The notes under the pieces were generated by a model. That model ran no database searches and was not told the origin of the DNA. It saw nothing but the letters and a program-made list of their open reading frames with translations. Shown piece by piece: positions 36,667 to 51,496 of a stretch of DNA of 64,000 nt (within the stretch, counting starts at the first letter, position 1; the number at the start of each line of letters is the position of its first letter). Position numbers and translations under genes: made by a program. Source of the stretch: Marsupella aquatica (Eukaryota > Plantae > Marchantiophyta); contig OZ316894.1 of assembly GCA_973895155.1 (NCBI GenBank), positions 13,759,580-13,823,579 on the forward strand, given 5' to 3'.

Positions 36667-37910
36667 AATAATGCAACCCTGAAACAAATGAAGAAGAAGA
36701 AGACAAAATTTAGAAGGGGAAAAGAGCTACCACTTCTCTAGTATGGTGAACTATTGGGCTAACTCAAGCAAATGCGTCAAGAGTTAATGGTACACATCTA
36801 GTGTCGAACTAAATCTGCAAGTGCCTGGGACACGGATGTCCTTTAAGGGGGCAAGCCTATGTGGAGGCACACTAGCACTAATGGTGAGAGATCAACCAAC
36901 AATAGATGCTTGCGCTTGAACACACTATAATGTCACAATGCATGGTCAAAACAGAAAGCAAGGTTCTGATGGGCTCCAGGGTTCCGTGATTGTTGCCAGC
37001 TGTTTGTCAAAGAAGCCCATCAGATTGATGATATACTCACCCAAACATCTCAAAAATATGGGAGAGGAAGCTACTGGATGAAGCAGATGCAACATATTTT
37101 GCCTCTTGTGTTGTTGTGGCCCATGTGGGTGTTTGGGCCTGTCATTATTGTGCTATCCCCACAATGGCTTGGCACAAAGGGTTGGCCACCACAATGTCAC
37201 CAAAGATATGCCAATCATCACCGACCCAGATAATATCAATGTTTAACTCGATGCGCTTTGGAGGGGCTGTCAATCTGAGGAGTCCTTACTCTCAAGATTA
37301 AATTCGAATTCGGTAGTACAGAAGCGAGCACAACAGTCCATATGCAGGCATTGTCATTTTTAGCTTTTCAAGCGAGAGAAACCGTGTTTTCCTCACATTA
37401 GCAGACGGTGGTCAGGGGTTTTATTTGCTGTGTGATATAGGGAAAACAGATATATCACAAAACCTCACTATGTAGATGGATCGGTCGTTTCATTCTGACA
37501 AAGAGTGACAAGCGTACTTATTTCCTCGGCACTCTGCGCTGCCTTACTCAGTCAGCCGAGGGTGTTTCCGCCTAGCTTCATGAACAGGAGCAAGTGCAGC
37601 AGCCGGCACAGGAGTGGGATTACGGCTGGGAAATTCATTGAGACGTTTGCCACGGCACTGCAAAACAAGAGAAATGAGAAATCTAGATCTCTCGCATTGC
37701 TGCCTGCCTTTCATCTGTCGATGAGGAAGGGAGGACGTTGTACAATCCACTTTAATTTGATCAACGTACTATAGGTGTAGCCTACTTTCTCGAAGGATTT
37801 TCTCTGTGGTCTCTGGTAATCGAGGAGTTCTCTCTGGTGCATGCTAATGCACTGGGGAAACGTGGAGTTGAGCAGTTTAGGCAGTTGGTTCGACAAGTGG
37901 CTATGAAATC

Positions 37911-40029
37911 ATGGCCTCTGGTAAAATGAAGGTCAATTCTGTCGATTGGGGAGTACAGGGCTGGTCCTTGCTCTTCGCTATCGCTTTTGTGTTCGGAAGC
38001 TGCTCACATGCTCAGTCAGGTCGGGATAGCCTCCCTCGTTCGAGACTAGTGTTAGCTCTTGAGTTTCCCAATTTGATTGAAAATAATCTTTGTATGTGTA
38101 GATCTCTTGAGATTTAGAATGGGTAGACCAAATGAACTTTCCTGCAAGGCCCTCACGGTTATGAGCAGAGCGTCGGCAAGGCAGAAAATTAGTCAGAGCT
38201 GGCGCTGAAAATGAGTCGTACTAGAAATTTTGTTCGATGCAAACGTCCAGTCTTGGAGGGGCAGGTCAACAGCAGACCAGAATTTGGAAGTCAAGAGGAA
38301 GATTCTCAATTTTATACCTCGGGGACGAGAGTGGCATTAATTCCCATCAAGTTATTTCTCAGGTAAACTGTCTCATTTTCAGATTTCTGTATTTTTGGCA
38401 GGGCATAAGGATGGTATCTGTAAGTTCCAGGGTGGGAGATTTCCCAAGTTCTCCCTAGAAGGTCATCAACCGCGAAAGGCGTCAAAAGGACCAATTGACC
38501 TGACACTCTGTAAATATTATAGAAAGAAAACATGTTGTGATGTGGTACAGACTCACGGTGCTTTACTTTCTCTTCAAAGATTGGCCACTGCTGGAGAAGC
38601 AAGCAAGGAATGCCTTGAACAGTGGGAAGTTCTTGAGTGCTCCATTTGCAATCCACGTGTTGGTGTGACCCCTGGTCCTCCACTTCTTTGTCCTTCCTTC
38701 TGCGAATCCGTCTTTTCAGCCTGCTATGGAGCTTTTTTCTCCACAGAACCATTAACTCAGGTATTTCCCAATTATTATTGGGTTACTGGCTCGATAGCCC
38801 TTTTGAGTTGGTTGAAAGAATTTTGAATAGGAATGGAGATGTAAAGCCGTCATAATTGCAATTTCCACTGTGACCGACTGTGCCGGGATACTACTATAAT
38901 GCACTGCAAGCGTTCTTTTGAATGTTGTTCTGTCAATCCATTGAGACAACCTAAGTTATCCTTTGTTGCTCAACGCAGGTCCTGATGCCCTGTTCGCCAA
39001 GAGACGTACTTTGTGCTAAAGCCCATGAATGGGCTTCCAATAGCTCCGCATTTTGTGAGCTTTCTGGTTTCGCTGTGATGGATTCTTCCCAGAACTTGTA
39101 CTCTTTGAAGGAGAGAAGTTGTTTTGATGGGAAAGCTGAATCAGCCGGCATATCCATGGATGATGTTGACAATAGTCAGAGGAGCCCACGTCGAGATCAA
39201 CATTACAATACGATGGATATGCTCAAAAACTGGACGAAGAAGATGAACATGGCTGTGCAGATAATGTGGGCCATTGGGGGACTCGTGCTAACTGCAGGAG
39301 CTTGGCATTTTAGGTGTGTCTGGTTATTCTGCCAAGATAAGACTTAGTTGATAGATGATGGAATTTGGTCACTCAGGTCAACGAGAGTGATTGTCCATGC
39401 ATGTTGAGGAGGGGTAGTTAATTTTCGCGGAGTGCAGAGCCATACCTGGTCACGTATGAAATAGAGGACTTGTGTTGTTACATGTATGCACACTTTTTCT
39501 GTTGATAAAGGGTTCACCTTATCCTTAGTCTAGTTAATTCTTTCCGAAAGGCTGTTACATTATATTATTTGGACTCAGTTCATTAGATTTAGGGTTTGTC
39601 CGCAGAACTGGTCAACAGTAGGGGTACGAGCGGTTCAAAATGGTAGTAGGATAGAGGTTTTATATGTAGGTTTGCTGGTAGGAATATGTTTGTACACAGA
39701 AATGCCTTTGCTTTACGATCTTCCCAGTCCTCTTGATAGTGTAGAGTCGTTCTCTGGTGAGTTGTGATTCGATGTCTTATTTTTGTGATGAATCAAATGA
39801 AGGAACTGTGTTATCAGGCAGATTTAGAGTTCTGGGAGAGAAATTCGTCCTAAGATTGATGAAAATTATGCTGTGCAGACAAAGGAATCTGGTGAAACGC
39901 AACGCTGCGGCAACTGTGCTAAGGAACAAGCTCCTACAGGAAGAAGCTAGAGCACGCCAGCAGGCTTTGTATAAAGGGTCGGGTCCGAGGACGAGGTCGG
40001 AAACAAGGCATTCAACAAAGACGGGATAA
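37911..40029 (+). CDS. Folate-receptor-like cysteine-rich protein (signal peptide, TM helix), 4 exons
   Basis: Exons 37911-38019, 38402-38760, 38979-39313 and 39879-40029, GT-AG and phase-consistent. Motif LTLCKYYRKKTCC...ECLEQWEVLECSICNPRVG...LCPSFCESVFSAC, and TM segment IMWAIGGLVLTAG. Confidence 0.85.
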
Positions 40030-40971
40030 GTGCAAGGAAGGTATACATTAACTTCAGTCCACGCGTTCTCGCTCGCCAGCAGAAAGATGAAAATTGAGGT
40101 GTGGGGGATGAAATTTTAAGTTGATTGTAGTGGAGAAGGTGCCTGTTTATCCGTGTTCTCTCAATCTTGCTCTTCCTTGTAACTCGTGCATTATAAATCT
40201 CAACCAATGTGTATTGTCGGTGGAGATAGCTTACATTGTTCAGTTGTTCAACCGACCGTATATCTTGAAGAAAATCCTGTTTGGACTTAAGTATTATTTT
40301 CTTTGATACTGTCCCCTTTTTGCAAACTTGATAATAACGGTCACAATTCCAACGCTCTCTGAAATCTCTGTTTTTAGAAATGATGCCATGGCCACTATTC
40401 ATGCAAGCAGGTATCGAAATGCTGACGACCATTTTGATAGCCTGTTGGGCAGCTTCTTGGTTTGTAAGTGTCTATACATTTTCGAAGTCAAGGTCTCAAT
40501 GAAGAGGAAGGGTAACCAGCATGACCGGTTTTAAAGGGCACACACAATCTGCCTGCTCCCAGAGAGTTTCATAGAGGACGTCGCTTCCAGGACTGTTATC
40601 TCATTCGTCTGCTCGCTCTAAGTAAGAGGTTTGACCGCTGGATATAGCCATCCGACAGAGGCATGGAGACAAATATTTTTTTTCCAGTATTAACCGAATG
40701 CTATTTTGTTACTGTGGACATCAGTTTCAGGCTGTAGCGTTTTCGCCTTAATCAGTTGCCGAAGCATCCACATCTACGTTTATCTTGCCGTGGAAGTTAT
40801 AGTGAGGATATGGAATGGCATACATCGAAGGAAAGATGGCCTGACCTTGGCTTTGAAACGTAGTAGTAATGACTGTTAAATGTTCAAACTCGGCACGTTG
40901 TCGTTTGGTCATCTGTAACTGAATAAAAATGCAGATCTCATGCAGATCTCATGTCTTGTCTATCGCCTCTG

Positions 40972-40990
40972 AACCCTAAACCCTAAACCC
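40972..40990 (+). repeat. Short plant telomere-type repeat / telo-box (AACCCTAAACCCTAAACCC)
   Basis: About 2.5 CCCTAAA units. Confidence 0.55.
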
Positions 40991-43600
40991 GCTGCATGAA
41001 CAACTCAATAAGTGAGTCGATAATCTTCATGCTGAGATTGAGCTTCTCTAACATGGGGACTGGAGATATGCAAGAAGACATTGCAGAAGTCAAATCTATG
41101 GCCCACGTCTTGCCACAAACGAACACTACTTAAGGATATGACTTACCCAGGGAGTTCCCTTCGGGGTAGGACTTGGAATGGTGAAAGACGATAATATTCT
41201 TTCAAGGTTTTAGAGTTGATACAGCTTAATTACATCAAGAACTCCTGAGAGAGAGCGAGAGCCTCTACGCATTTTATGAGGGCTTTGGTATTTGGAGGCG
41301 CGAGTGAAATGTCAACTAGGCAAGAAATCGGTCGTCGATGACATCCGATGGATAGTGAGCTCGTTACCTACGACAGTGGCATTAGCACTTTGTACCACTT
41401 TGTAGTTTGGTGGAGAAAGACGCCTTTGCTAACTCAAGAAACTGGGGAGTGGAAGAGTTAGACTCACCGGTGAGTCTTAGGTGAGTGATCCTGACTCTTT
41501 GTTTTGCCCACTTCGATAATTTACTCGAATCTGGAAGTCCACGGGTTTAGATACTTCAAGACAACAGTTTGATGTCGCTTTCCTGCTAGGGAACACGTGG
41601 AGAAATTTGCTGCAGCGAGATTCTTGGGGTAGAGATTGTCTGTTGGCAGGAGGTCGATGGGTCAGGTAATCAGGAAATGGGAACATGAATATAACGATGA
41701 AAAAGAAACGAGGGGTGTTCATAAATGGATTCATTGGTATCAGTGCAAAATTTGTGATTACATATTGGCTTATGCTAATCTTAAATAGGTCATTCAATTC
41801 TGAGTACGGGCTTCATCCCAGCGCCAACAAATCCACACTTCATCCTGGGCAACGACACCTTCCTTTCCATAAACCCTCGTTGCTCCCTGCGGTAGGCTGT
41901 ACACACAACTAATGAACAAACTAAGACGGTTACGCTTCACGTTCACCCAAAATTTATATTCATAAGCAAGGCCTCTTCGCTTAGAGAACTTCACCCTTGT
42001 CCACAAGAAAGTGCTCCTATCATCTTTACACCTCAGTTGTCACCAGTACAAACGGGTAACCCCTTCCCCCACCACGGTGATTGGGCAGTAAAGGAGGGGA
42101 AGTCCTTTTCACTGCATTCTTAGGCGGCCAAAAATTAAGAGTGGCTCTTCGGCGGCTGGACCTGCTTTAAGCTGTCGGTAAGGCCCGTCCAAGATCGAAA
42201 GTTCCCGGCCAGGCCCCTTGCTTTGACACTTTCTACTATGCTCTGTATGCCATTTGTCCTAAAGGACCTGCCGTTGTGAAGAAACTCACCTACCGAAATT
42301 ACTGCGTATCACTTACAGCTGCGTTTTCTGTCGACAGTTCCAGTACATACTGCAAGCCAAACTCCATTGCAAATCTACAGCATAATCTGGTTAGCTACAT
42401 TGAGTGCTGTAGCCTTGATCTTGGAATCACATCTCCTGGAATCGCCTAGATCAACTACTTCCTGCCAACCTCGTTTCTACCTCGATTCCTATGCAGGGCT
42501 AAATCCTTTTGCGATTGGCGCCATAAAGCTGCACACTAATCATGTTGCTCCACCACAAAAACAAAACTTTTAGCTTGATCCATCGCCACAACTTGAACGC
42601 CATTGCTGCACGCTGATATCAGGAAAGTGTCACAAGGAAGCCATCAAACTCACATCCAGAGTGCCATTTTGAGTCTCCATTTACACACCAAACATGACTC
42701 ATAACCAGCAACTGTGGTAGAAAGCAGGTTTAGAACAAGGGATTCGCTGCTGCAATGGGCAAGACCCGTGTACCACGATGGAAATAGAGCTCTCTTAGGA
42801 TGGAGGGGTCTTGGTACAAAGTAGATCAAGACTGCATCCATCCAGGGTTTTGGACTCAGGATAACATGAGCGTTACGCTGTGCCACGAGGTTATCTCATA
42901 CGTAAATTGGCGACCCATAGAGAGGGTGGCTGCAGAAAGCTCAACAACATTCGATTAGGGAGGCACAGCCAGACAGGAGATCCATCTAATGAGATCCAAT
43001 GGCAAGTGAGGAAATCCCACCAGAAAATAATTTAGAAAACTATGTCAAAGTTGGCATCATTCATAACCGACCTAAGATCCACTAAATGCTTCGGTCGTAT
43101 TCTGTGTTTTGATCCCGAGACAAAACATCATTACATCAAATGCTGAACCTGGTACAACAGAACAAATTGACATTCGATGGGTCACATATCACATCAATAA
43201 ACTCAAAGCGTTTTGAGGTTGATTAATACCACAAGCAATCCAGAGTTGACTGGGAGCACTACAACTTGCCTGCTTTATTCCAGTGATACATACAAAGGTA
43301 GGAAAGTAATCCTACAACTTAGGACTCAATAAGGTAAAAGTGTCCCAGAAAAGAAATCCATGAATTCTTAAGTCATGCACCTCGTATGACGACAGGGCCA
43401 TGTACCCAAGGTTCACAGGCTCTCCAATTGTGTATTCATTTATCCCAGGGAAAAACGCTTGAGTAGATTTAAAGTTCCAATTACAGGGTTATGAAACAAA
43501 TGAAAGATAACAAGACGAAACTAAGCTTGGTAAACCAAGCTACTAGAATAGTAGACACATGCAGCGACTCAAGTTAATTCTAAGCCTGACCTAGATCAAC

Positions 43601-46600
43601 CTACATAAACATCATCAGCTCCGGTCTGCTGTATACATTATTGCCATCATCCTCTAGGACTGGATAAGCAGCTACAAGGCCATCCTGAGATCCAATGTAA
43701 AGAGCATTGTAGATCTTCCAGTACACTTCCCTGACTTTCCTTGCAGGATGGAATAATCCTTGCAAGCAATAACTCAGTAAAATAGCTGGTCCAAGGGCCA
43801 CTCGCATCCCCTCTATGGCTTCCATTACAGCATTGATAACATGTGGTGATGTCTCAAATATATTCGGCCAAACGAAATTGAGCAGATGGATCAAGGCATC
43901 TTCACAACCTAAACCTGCGACACCTAGTGCCATATGCTTCACAGCAGAAGCTGCTGTCTGTCTGTGCACGAGATCCCTATCCATCAATGCATCCTCCAAT
44001 AGAGGAGTGACCGCATAAATATAATCCTTGCCCATCTCTCCGATATACTCAAACAAAAAGGAAAGGGATTTCAGGACACCATTCTGAACATTCAGCTCCG
44101 GGACCCTGTATTCATTCATTAGAGCAGGAAGCACAGTGAAGGGAGAACAAGTCTCCGCCACAATTGCTATAGCCACTGTAGTACAGACACGGTTCTGACG
44201 CTCCTGTACTTTCAAATTGTTCAAAAGAGTGGCCAGCACATCTTGTGGACCGATTGCCTTTGCAATGTAGCCAAAAGTGTTAACCGTGGCCCTCCTAATT
44301 CCCTTCTTGTGTGCTTTCAGCATTTCCAGTAATTCAAAACAGATCCTCATCCACTCACGGGCAGGAACAAACTCAGCTCCACGATCAGCAATTCTTCCCA
44401 CTAAGTCGATACAATTCTCCTGTACCTTCTCATGCCTGTTTTTCAGGATGGGCGTCAAACGGGGAAGTAAATCCTTGATTGGAGGAGTCATCTTGGTCAT
44501 ACCAATCACGTTCACTATAGCCTTGAGTGCTCCTAAAATGGAACCCAACACCTCTGGATACTCCTCTCCAAGATACTCATACAGAACTACTCCAAGATGC
44601 CCCATCAGCTGCTCTTCGTGACATTGCTTCATGACCACAGCAATTCTAGCGATTAAATCTGCGGCTTGTTGGCGTACCTTTGCGCTTTTATTGTTCAGGC
44701 GCCACTTTATTGTACCGCAGATCTGAGGCAAGTAAGGCTTCACTCGTTGACCTAGGGCATTTACAACTGTACCGAACCCATTAAGCATAACATTTGCATC
44801 ATCACTGGTTTGTTCCTGGAAAGCATAGAGAATTCCATCAATAAGTAGCTCTTCAAGCCGCGCATCGATGTCGGAAGCACCTAAATTCGCAACAACCTTC
44901 TCTATTGTCTCCATCACCATCCTTCGGTATGGCTCACTCTCATCCTTCAAATCCTCCACTACTCTGCCCACAATGTCGGAAACGCCAACTTTGTTTGCGA
45001 TTTCAACTGTCGTATCCACCAATTGTCTGTAATTTCGACGATCGAGAGCCATTCTCCGAACCCAAAAATTACGGAAAAACTCGGGAAGAATCTCCAGCTT
45101 GATGTAATCTGGTTCTACTCCCTCTGTACTAACACACTGCTTGACAACCTTCAAAACGATCTTCTTCATCTCCTCATCCGGGGACTGAAACTCTCGAATC
45201 AGTATCACCATGACCTCTTTCGTGTAGTACGAGGCATACATTGCATCCATAAGCGGAATAATGAAGCCAATTGCCTTCAAGAAAGCTGCCAAAACCTTAC
45301 CACGATGAGACCTTATGCCCTTCCAGAGGGGCTTTAGCACAGAGTCAAAACTTTCGATGCCGTAAGGTGCTGCAGCCTCTGCCAATGCTGCCAATGAAAG
45401 AGCAGTGATCGTTCTCACTTTTTGATTTTCGTCATTCAGCCCATGTTCAATGATCTCAACAAGGGACCTGAGATGCGGCAGAACTGCGCAACCCATCAAA
45501 ATTGCAATCTGCTGCACGATTTTGATACCAGTGTGACGGGCCTGCCAGGACTTCTTACTTTGACAGACGGCTTTGAGAAATGGTAGCAATGCAGGTATGC
45601 CCAGTGCCGAGGCAACCACGCTGAAGGCTCGCGCCGTGGTATTTCTGACGTATTCATCGATATTATCAATATCAGGCCTCATGGCGGCGATCATAGTAGC
45701 CAGCCCTGCAGCTTTACTGAGATTGGAAATGATCTCTCTACCTTCCACACGGGCATAGTAATCTTCATCAATGAGAAGCGGCTCAATGACCACCAGAATT
45801 TTATGAACAAATGGACGCACAAGTTCATCTAACTTATAAAGAACTCTGTCGATAACCTTGACCAACAAATGGCGCTCCTGATCTTCAAGGGTTGGAGACA
45901 TCAGCAAAGGAAGAATTTGATTGAACAGTGGACCAGCTCCAAACTCTCGGGCTTTGTCTGTCAACTGCCTTAGAGCAGTTTTCCGTTGAGGCGGTGTGCC
46001 ATTTTTCACCTTCAATAGAAGCTTCATTATCTTCCGCTCCTTACTTTCTTCGGCACTCATCTCTTCTTCTTCCTTCTCACTCAAAAGAGCTCCAAAGTAC
46101 TGATAATCTTCAGGCTTCATGAAAGGCAGCCCACCTGGTGCTTCCTTCGGCACATCAAACTGCTGCGTTCGGTCCTCTTCAGGAATGGCGTACAGTGGGG
46201 TTCCACCCAAGGGAGTTGGAGTCGCAAGCAATTTACGAGCAGGAGTCCGAATCGGAATGTATGACACTGGCGGATCCAGAATTTTGTAACCCTCCATGGG
46301 AAACATGGAATTTAGTTCTTCATCTGAGAGAGGACGATTCCTTTCTTCAATGTCTTTCTCCCACCTCAGCATGTTGTACTGTTCTGGGGTCATAGGACCC
46401 CGCAGTGCAATATGTCCTGGAGTCGGAGTGGCTAATTCAATTCCGCCCACGGGAGTAACCCCAGGAGTGAACGCCGAGGGTGTTGCAGCACCCAGCATGG
46501 GTGTAGCACTCCCCATCGTCGCAGGCGTTTCATCCCAACGAGACCTCTGCTTCTTAGGAGTAGGAGTAGCTAGTCCAGGAACTTTGGGAGTTGCATCCCA

Positions 46601-47446
46601 AGTCATACCTGCAGGAGTAGCACCAGGCGTGGCGCCAGCCGGAGTGGCATCAGCATCAGCCAAACGCCCAGGAGTAGGAGTTTCATCCCATCTGTTCCTT
46701 CTTGCAACGTTGGGTGTGGCATCGACGGGGACTCGCCCGGGAGTTGGAGTGGCATCCCACCTACTGGGCCCTGGAGTAGCATCGGGAGCATCCCACTCTG
46801 AGGCAACCTTAGCCTTCTTAATCTCATCCTGCTCTTGTGATTGATCCCATCGATTTCTCCTCTTCACACCTGCTGACGTTGCCGCGGATGGCGGTGGTGG
46901 AAGGTTAACGGGTTGAGCATGTGCTACGGGCTCCTGAGCTTTCCTTTCAGCTTCGTCCTGCTGCTTCTTAGCAATGAGCCTCAAAGTTTCCTCTTTATCT
47001 CGCTTGAAGGTTTCTTCCCGCATGACATCAGCATAGGTTCTGATAGAAGCATCCGGCGTTTTATCTCCCATCGCGAACGCATCGTTCCTCGATGGAGATA
47101 AGGCCCGATTGAGACGTCGTTTCCGGTAATCATCCTCTCTGTCGATAATCCGCTGAGGCTTCTTAAAACCCAAATCCTCATCTGTCACTTCACCGCGAGG
47201 AAGATCAGCTAAGACATTCTTCGGTGCCGTATACGAAGCCAATTTTCGTGCAACTTCCCTTTCCATAGGGTCTTGCACGTCTTCCTCAAAATCATTTGCA
47301 GGAATTGAGCTTTCGTAACCCTCAAATTTACTACCGGCTCCATACAAATCCTTATCAAAGCTCACAGACGTGAGGGCTGCCGCCTCCTGCTCCTTCTTTC
47401 GCCGCACTTCCTGCATCCTGGCGATGTCGGAATCCATGACCTCCAT
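43601..47446 (-). CDS. SF3B1: Splicing factor 3B subunit 1 (U2 snRNP), 1281 aa, uninterrupted CDS
   Basis: RWD-TP repeats, [55 protein letters not shown] repeats, and a C-terminal YSRPEL. Probable start is the ATG at 47446. Confidence 0.98.
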   Translation of the reverse strand: MEVMDSDIARMQEVRRKKEQEAAALTSVSFDKDLYGAGSKFEGYESSIPANDFEEDVQDPMEREVARKLASYTAPKNVLADLPRGEVTDEDLGFKKPQRIIDREDDYRKRRLNRALSPSRNDAFAMGDKTPDASIRTYADVMREETFKRDKEETLRLIAKKQQDEAERKAQEPVAHAQPVNLPPPPSAATSAGVKRRNRWDQSQEQDEIKKAKVASEWDAPDATPGPSRWDATPTPGRVPVDATPNVARRNRWDETPTPGRLADADATPAGATPGATPAGMTWDATPKVPGLATPTPKKQRSRWDETPATMGSATPMLGAATPSAFTPGVTPVGGIELATPTPGHIALRGPMTPEQYNMLRWEKDIEERNRPLSDEELNSMFPMEGYKILDPPVSYIPIRTPARKLLATPTPLGGTPLYAIPEEDRTQQFDVPKEAPGGLPFMKPEDYQYFGALLSEKEEEEMSAEESKERKIMKLLLKVKNGTPPQRKTALRQLTDKAREFGAGPLFNQILPLLMSPTLEDQERHLLVKVIDRVLYKLDELVRPFVHKILVVIEPLLIDEDYYARVEGREIISNLSKAAGLATMIAAMRPDIDNIDEYVRNTTARAFSVVASALGIPALLPFLKAVCQSKKSWQARHTGIKIVQQIAILMGCAVLPHLRSLVEIIEHGLNDENQKVRTITALSLAALAEAAAPYGIESFDSVLKPLWKGIRSHRGKVLAAFLKAIGFIIPLMDAMYASYYTKEVMVILIREFQSPDEEMKKIVLKVVKQCVSTEGVEPDYIKLEILPEFFRNFWVRRMALDRRNYRQLVDTTVEIANKVGVSDIVGRVVEDLKDESEPYRRMVMETIEKVVANLGASDIDARLEELLIDGILYAFQEQTSDDANVMLNGFGTVVNALGQRVKPYLPQICGTIKWRLNNKSAKVRQQAADLIARIAVVMKQCHEEQLMGHLGVVLYEYLGEEYPEVLGSILGALKAIVNVIGMTKMTPPIKDLLPRLTPILKNRHEKVQENCIDLVGRIADRGAEFVPAREWMRICFELLEMLKAHKKGIRRATVNTFGYIAKAIGPQDVLATLLNNLKVQERQNRVCTTVAIAIVAETCSPFTVLPALMNEYRVPELNVQNGVLKSLSFLFEYIGEMGKDYIYAVTPLLEDALMDRDLVHRQTAASAVKHMALGVAGLGCEDALIHLLNFVWPNIFETSPHVINAVMEAIEGMRVALGPAILLSYCLQGLFHPARKVREVYWKIYNALYIGSQDGLVAAYPVLEDDGNNVYSRPELMMFM

Positions 47447-48206
47447 TTTGAGAGCTGACGCTTCACACAACAATCCCGGTAACAAAACTCCACAAGATAT
47501 CACGTCCCGACGAACATGAAACCTAGACCGCAAATGAAGGCAAAGAACTACAGAAGTTAGACACGGTAGATTGTTCGTCTCGCGAACCCTCCAAAGCCAA
47601 CTTCAACGAAGTCTAATCGAGCCCTAATAGAAATGCGAGGACTCCTTCGACAGTCGGCAGTAAACAATAATAGAATGAGTACAGCAGTAGAAGGTGGACC
47701 ATGCTTTCCCGGTGAACGCCAACGAAGCGGCTGGTCCGGGACCTGTTCGGATACGAAATGTGACTCCCAAGTCACTGGTCTATCCTTGAATACTACCCAC
47801 TACTAGTCTAAAATACAATTTCAGCACAAACATGACATGAAGGATCTATGAGAAATAAGTGCATGTTTGTGACAATTTTTTGAGCAAAATTTGGGTCAAA
47901 ATGTGAGCGTAAAAATAACCAAAATACAAACAACAATATAGAACGTTTTTCTAACACTAATGAGCATAAAAATAGCCAAAATACAAACTTTTTTCAACAT
48001 TAACCTTTTTACTTACCTTTGAATTTTCTGTAAATTCAAATAATTGATTTAATAATGTGTCTTCACATTAAATTTAGGTGACCATGTCAGTGTTTAATAA
48101 TGAATGAAAGAGTTTTAAAGTATTCGTCACTCTTTAATGATGAATGAAAGAGTAATAAAGTAACTACCGTAAAATAAGTAACTACTAAGGACACTTATTA
48201 GATAAT

Positions 48207-49834
48207 TGTCACTGGTGGACCTTGTCACCCAGCATCCTCATCAATTCGAGTACCCGTGCCTAAGTCCCCTTGGTGCCCAAACCCCTACATGGAACTCCTT
48301 GAGTAAGCCACTTGGTGCCCCCAACACCTCCTGAGACAACTTCCATACGAAGTCGTATTTCGCTCCTTAACACGACCGTTGCTCAATGGTCCTCACTGTC
48401 TGCACAAGCAACCAAACACATTGATAAGTAACTTATCATGATCCAAGATTATCAACATTGTCTTGCCTCAAACTCAATAGTTTTAGGTAAGTAGGTCAGC
48501 AAATAGAACCTCTTGGGCCCACGTGGCCTTGCCATAAGCTGAAACTAAGGCCAGCACTCACTCTTCGTCCAGAACAACCCCTCTACTAGGTGTCGCGTGA
48601 GCTTTCCCACTTTCTATCCGTACTAGTTGACCGCCCTGCCTCCAGGACATGCTCGTGCCCCAAATAGGTACCTTGTCCCAAAGCTTGTCCCAAACACCTA
48701 TGCAAACGGCAAGATGAGTTTTGGTCCCAACTCTAGCAACTATATCTAAGGCTCCCACTCAACTGAGAGCCTAGGGGCCAAATGCACTTGGACCTCAACA
48801 TCCATGCCTACTCTGCATTTTCTCCCCAATGCAAGCTCCTATGGGCAATTGAACGCAGCTTGGCTATTATTTTGGCAAGATTTGGCAAGCGAACGAGATA
48901 GCCCCCACAAATCTCAAGAACCAAAGGCACCCCTAGACCTAGTTGAGCTCAAGAGGAAGTATCGCTCCTTGAGAACTTTCCAACACATCCGAGAAGTCCT
49001 CCAATCCAACGGACTTTTCGTTGAGAAATTCTCGTCATTTCCAATTCACGTTTCCCCTTAGTGGCGCTATTGCCGCGCTTCACAACTTGGGCTCGCCCTT
49101 AGCCTACAGGGAGACACCCCTCCCCTCATATATGCCTCAAGAGACGTGCCACCCCCGGATTAACGTAACTAGTACCCTATATTTGGCTTCAACTTGAACT
49201 CCAACCCGATTGGCATGAGCACGCAACTAACTTGTTATGCCCATAACTTTCTCATTAGACCTCCATAAGTCAAGTGCCTTAACCCCTTGTGATCGGGCCA
49301 ACCCAATGCTCATGCCTTGGCCCTCAAAACCGGTTGTAAGTTTGAGGGTCTCAAACGGCTACACCTACACTGTGTCATATCTCATGTGTCAAACGCCCAT
49401 TAATTACGCATTCAGAAGTAAACTTCTTGGGCCCAAGAGGAGCTCTCCCTGAAGCCCTCAAAACTCAAAGTCCATCCAGAGGTCCGGACGGCCCGCTTTT
49501 AGCTCGGCCCTTTCCATGACCCAACCAACTCCCAATGGTAATCTAAGTCCTTAGTGTGCTCCCAAGTGTGTATCACCAGCTTAGTGCATTGCTTTTGCTA
49601 GTGCAACGCTTCACTACCCACTAGCTTGTTGTTAACCATTGGAGTTGACTATTAGCCAAATCTCCTGATTAACCATCCAACATGTCTTCAAGCTTCATTA
49701 ATGCTCTTTTGTTTGTCAATTAAACATTGTACTGTCTCAATTTGATTGATTTCTTATGCATGTTTTGTCTGCTACCCAGCCTTTCCAACAATCAAGTAGT
49801 GTCAACTTGTGCGATTACTCGAGATATTGGTGAC
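48207..49834. repeat. Possible solo LTR or LTR fragment
   Basis: Begins TGTCACTGGT, which recurs at 49835. Non-coding and more GC-rich than its flanks. No TSD confirmed. Confidence 0.3.
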
Positions 49835-50184
49835 TGTCACTGGTTGTAGACCCCACATGTCACCTAGATTGAAGGTTAAGTTTCAATCTAACTTTCAACT
49901 AATATTTCTTCAAAGAGGACTTCTAAACCCATTGTGGTAGATTCCTCGATTTCTATTTCTTCTTTCTCAATAACTCTCTTTCATCTTTCAATCATTTGTC
50001 TGTATTCATTTGGTGCATTTTGTATCCCAAATGGAATGTACTTGAATTTAAACCACCAAGCAAAGGTGGGTTTTTTTCATGTCCCACTATTTTGGGCCTT
50101 CCTCTTACAGAATTACTTGCAATTTTTTTTCTTATTATTCTAATCTTGCAAGGGTTTTCTTAATGGAAGGCAATTGCAATCTCC

Positions 50185-50480
50185 CCCTAGGGAATCACTT
50201 AGTGTAAAGCCCCTAAAACACGTGAGAACAAACCAATTAAATTTGAAAAATTAAATTCAAAATTAAATTCTATTAAAAACACCCTTGTACCCTTATTATA
50301 CGACTTTGTCAAATTCTTAAATACTTTGCTAAATATAAAAACTATTAGTTTTGCCAGAATTGGATTTTTAAATACCTTTAGTATAAGTTTGTGATTATAA
50401 TTTGTGAATTTATTTTTAATTTAATTAACCTTCATTTGTTCACACCCCATTCTAATAATCCAACAAGTGATTCCCTAGGG
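50185..50480. mobile_element. 296-bp MITE (hAT-like by TSD length)
   Basis: Perfect 16-bp TIR CCCTAGGGAATCACTT and 8-bp TSD CAATCTCC (50177-50184 and 50481-50488). AT-rich interior. Confidence 0.9.
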
Positions 50481-51496
50481 CAATCTCCACATGCAATATA
50501 ATTTTTACTCTTCCTTTGAAACCAAATCCATATAAACTTCCATTATCAAATGTTAGCGCTTTTATCTAGCCATCTTTTCTTTACAGTCAACTCTTTAACT
50601 TTAATTATTGGCATTCAACAAATACAAGCTCTGTAATCAAATTCTCCCTGCAGTTCTGTAAATAGGTCTCAATTGCATCTTCCATTCAATGATCACATCA
50701 ATTTCTTTTGCATGGTTTTTCTTCCATGGGCTTCCATCTCTACCTGCAGGTCTAGCAATCCGACACTACCTCTTCCTGGCTGCCTCCCTAGTCTCCTGAT
50801 CTTGCAAAGTTTGCACAACAAAAACCCCTTCACACTCCTACTCACACTAACCTATACCCTTCATACAGACAAGATTCCTAACTTCTCCTAACCATCAATA
50901 GTTGTATTTGCCAAACTGTTTATTTGGTTTCTATAAACGTTTTATTCAACTAAGGCTATTTGATAATTGTTAACTGATTCTACTTATCCATCTACAATTC
51001 TGGTTGACAATTGAATAGTGCAACTCTTCACTTGTTGTTCGTCAATTACCCTTACTTCTGAGCTGTCATTCCCTGGTTCATCGGACTCTGTCTCTATTGT
51101 CTCAAGCTTGAGTTTATGCATTGTCATCTCCACCTGTTCCACTCTTACGGGCACTCTTACTTCACTGGTTCCTTCTCCTGTTTGTCAATATGTTGAGTTG
51201 GTTCTCATCTTATGAAACCCTAATATTTGTTTAGTCCCCTTTCTCTTGTCTTCCATAACTCTCACTACCCAACAATCAATCATTGTGTGACAGTAGTTCC
51301 TTTCATGTTCGCTAACTTGTTTCTGAAATTCATGTCCAATGATTCCAAACAATTGATAGCCAACTTCTTCCCACACTTGATAAACATCATCATTAATTTT
51401 CATAAAGAAATTGTACATATATTGTCCTGAACCGATTGGCTGACAAAAGTGAATCACCTGATTCCGCCTTGGTGCCCCTGTACTTTGTTCTTCCCT

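Noticed and set aside
40972-40990. Interstitial telomere or chromosome-fusion scar
   Set aside because: Under three units; such telo-boxes are common in plant genomes.
43601-47533. Intronless 3.8-kb SF3B1 as a possible retrogene, with a 29-aa N-terminal extension
   Set aside because: Plant SF3B1 genes are typically intron-poor, and no polyA or TSD was seen. The extension comes from the ORF caller using a non-ATG start.
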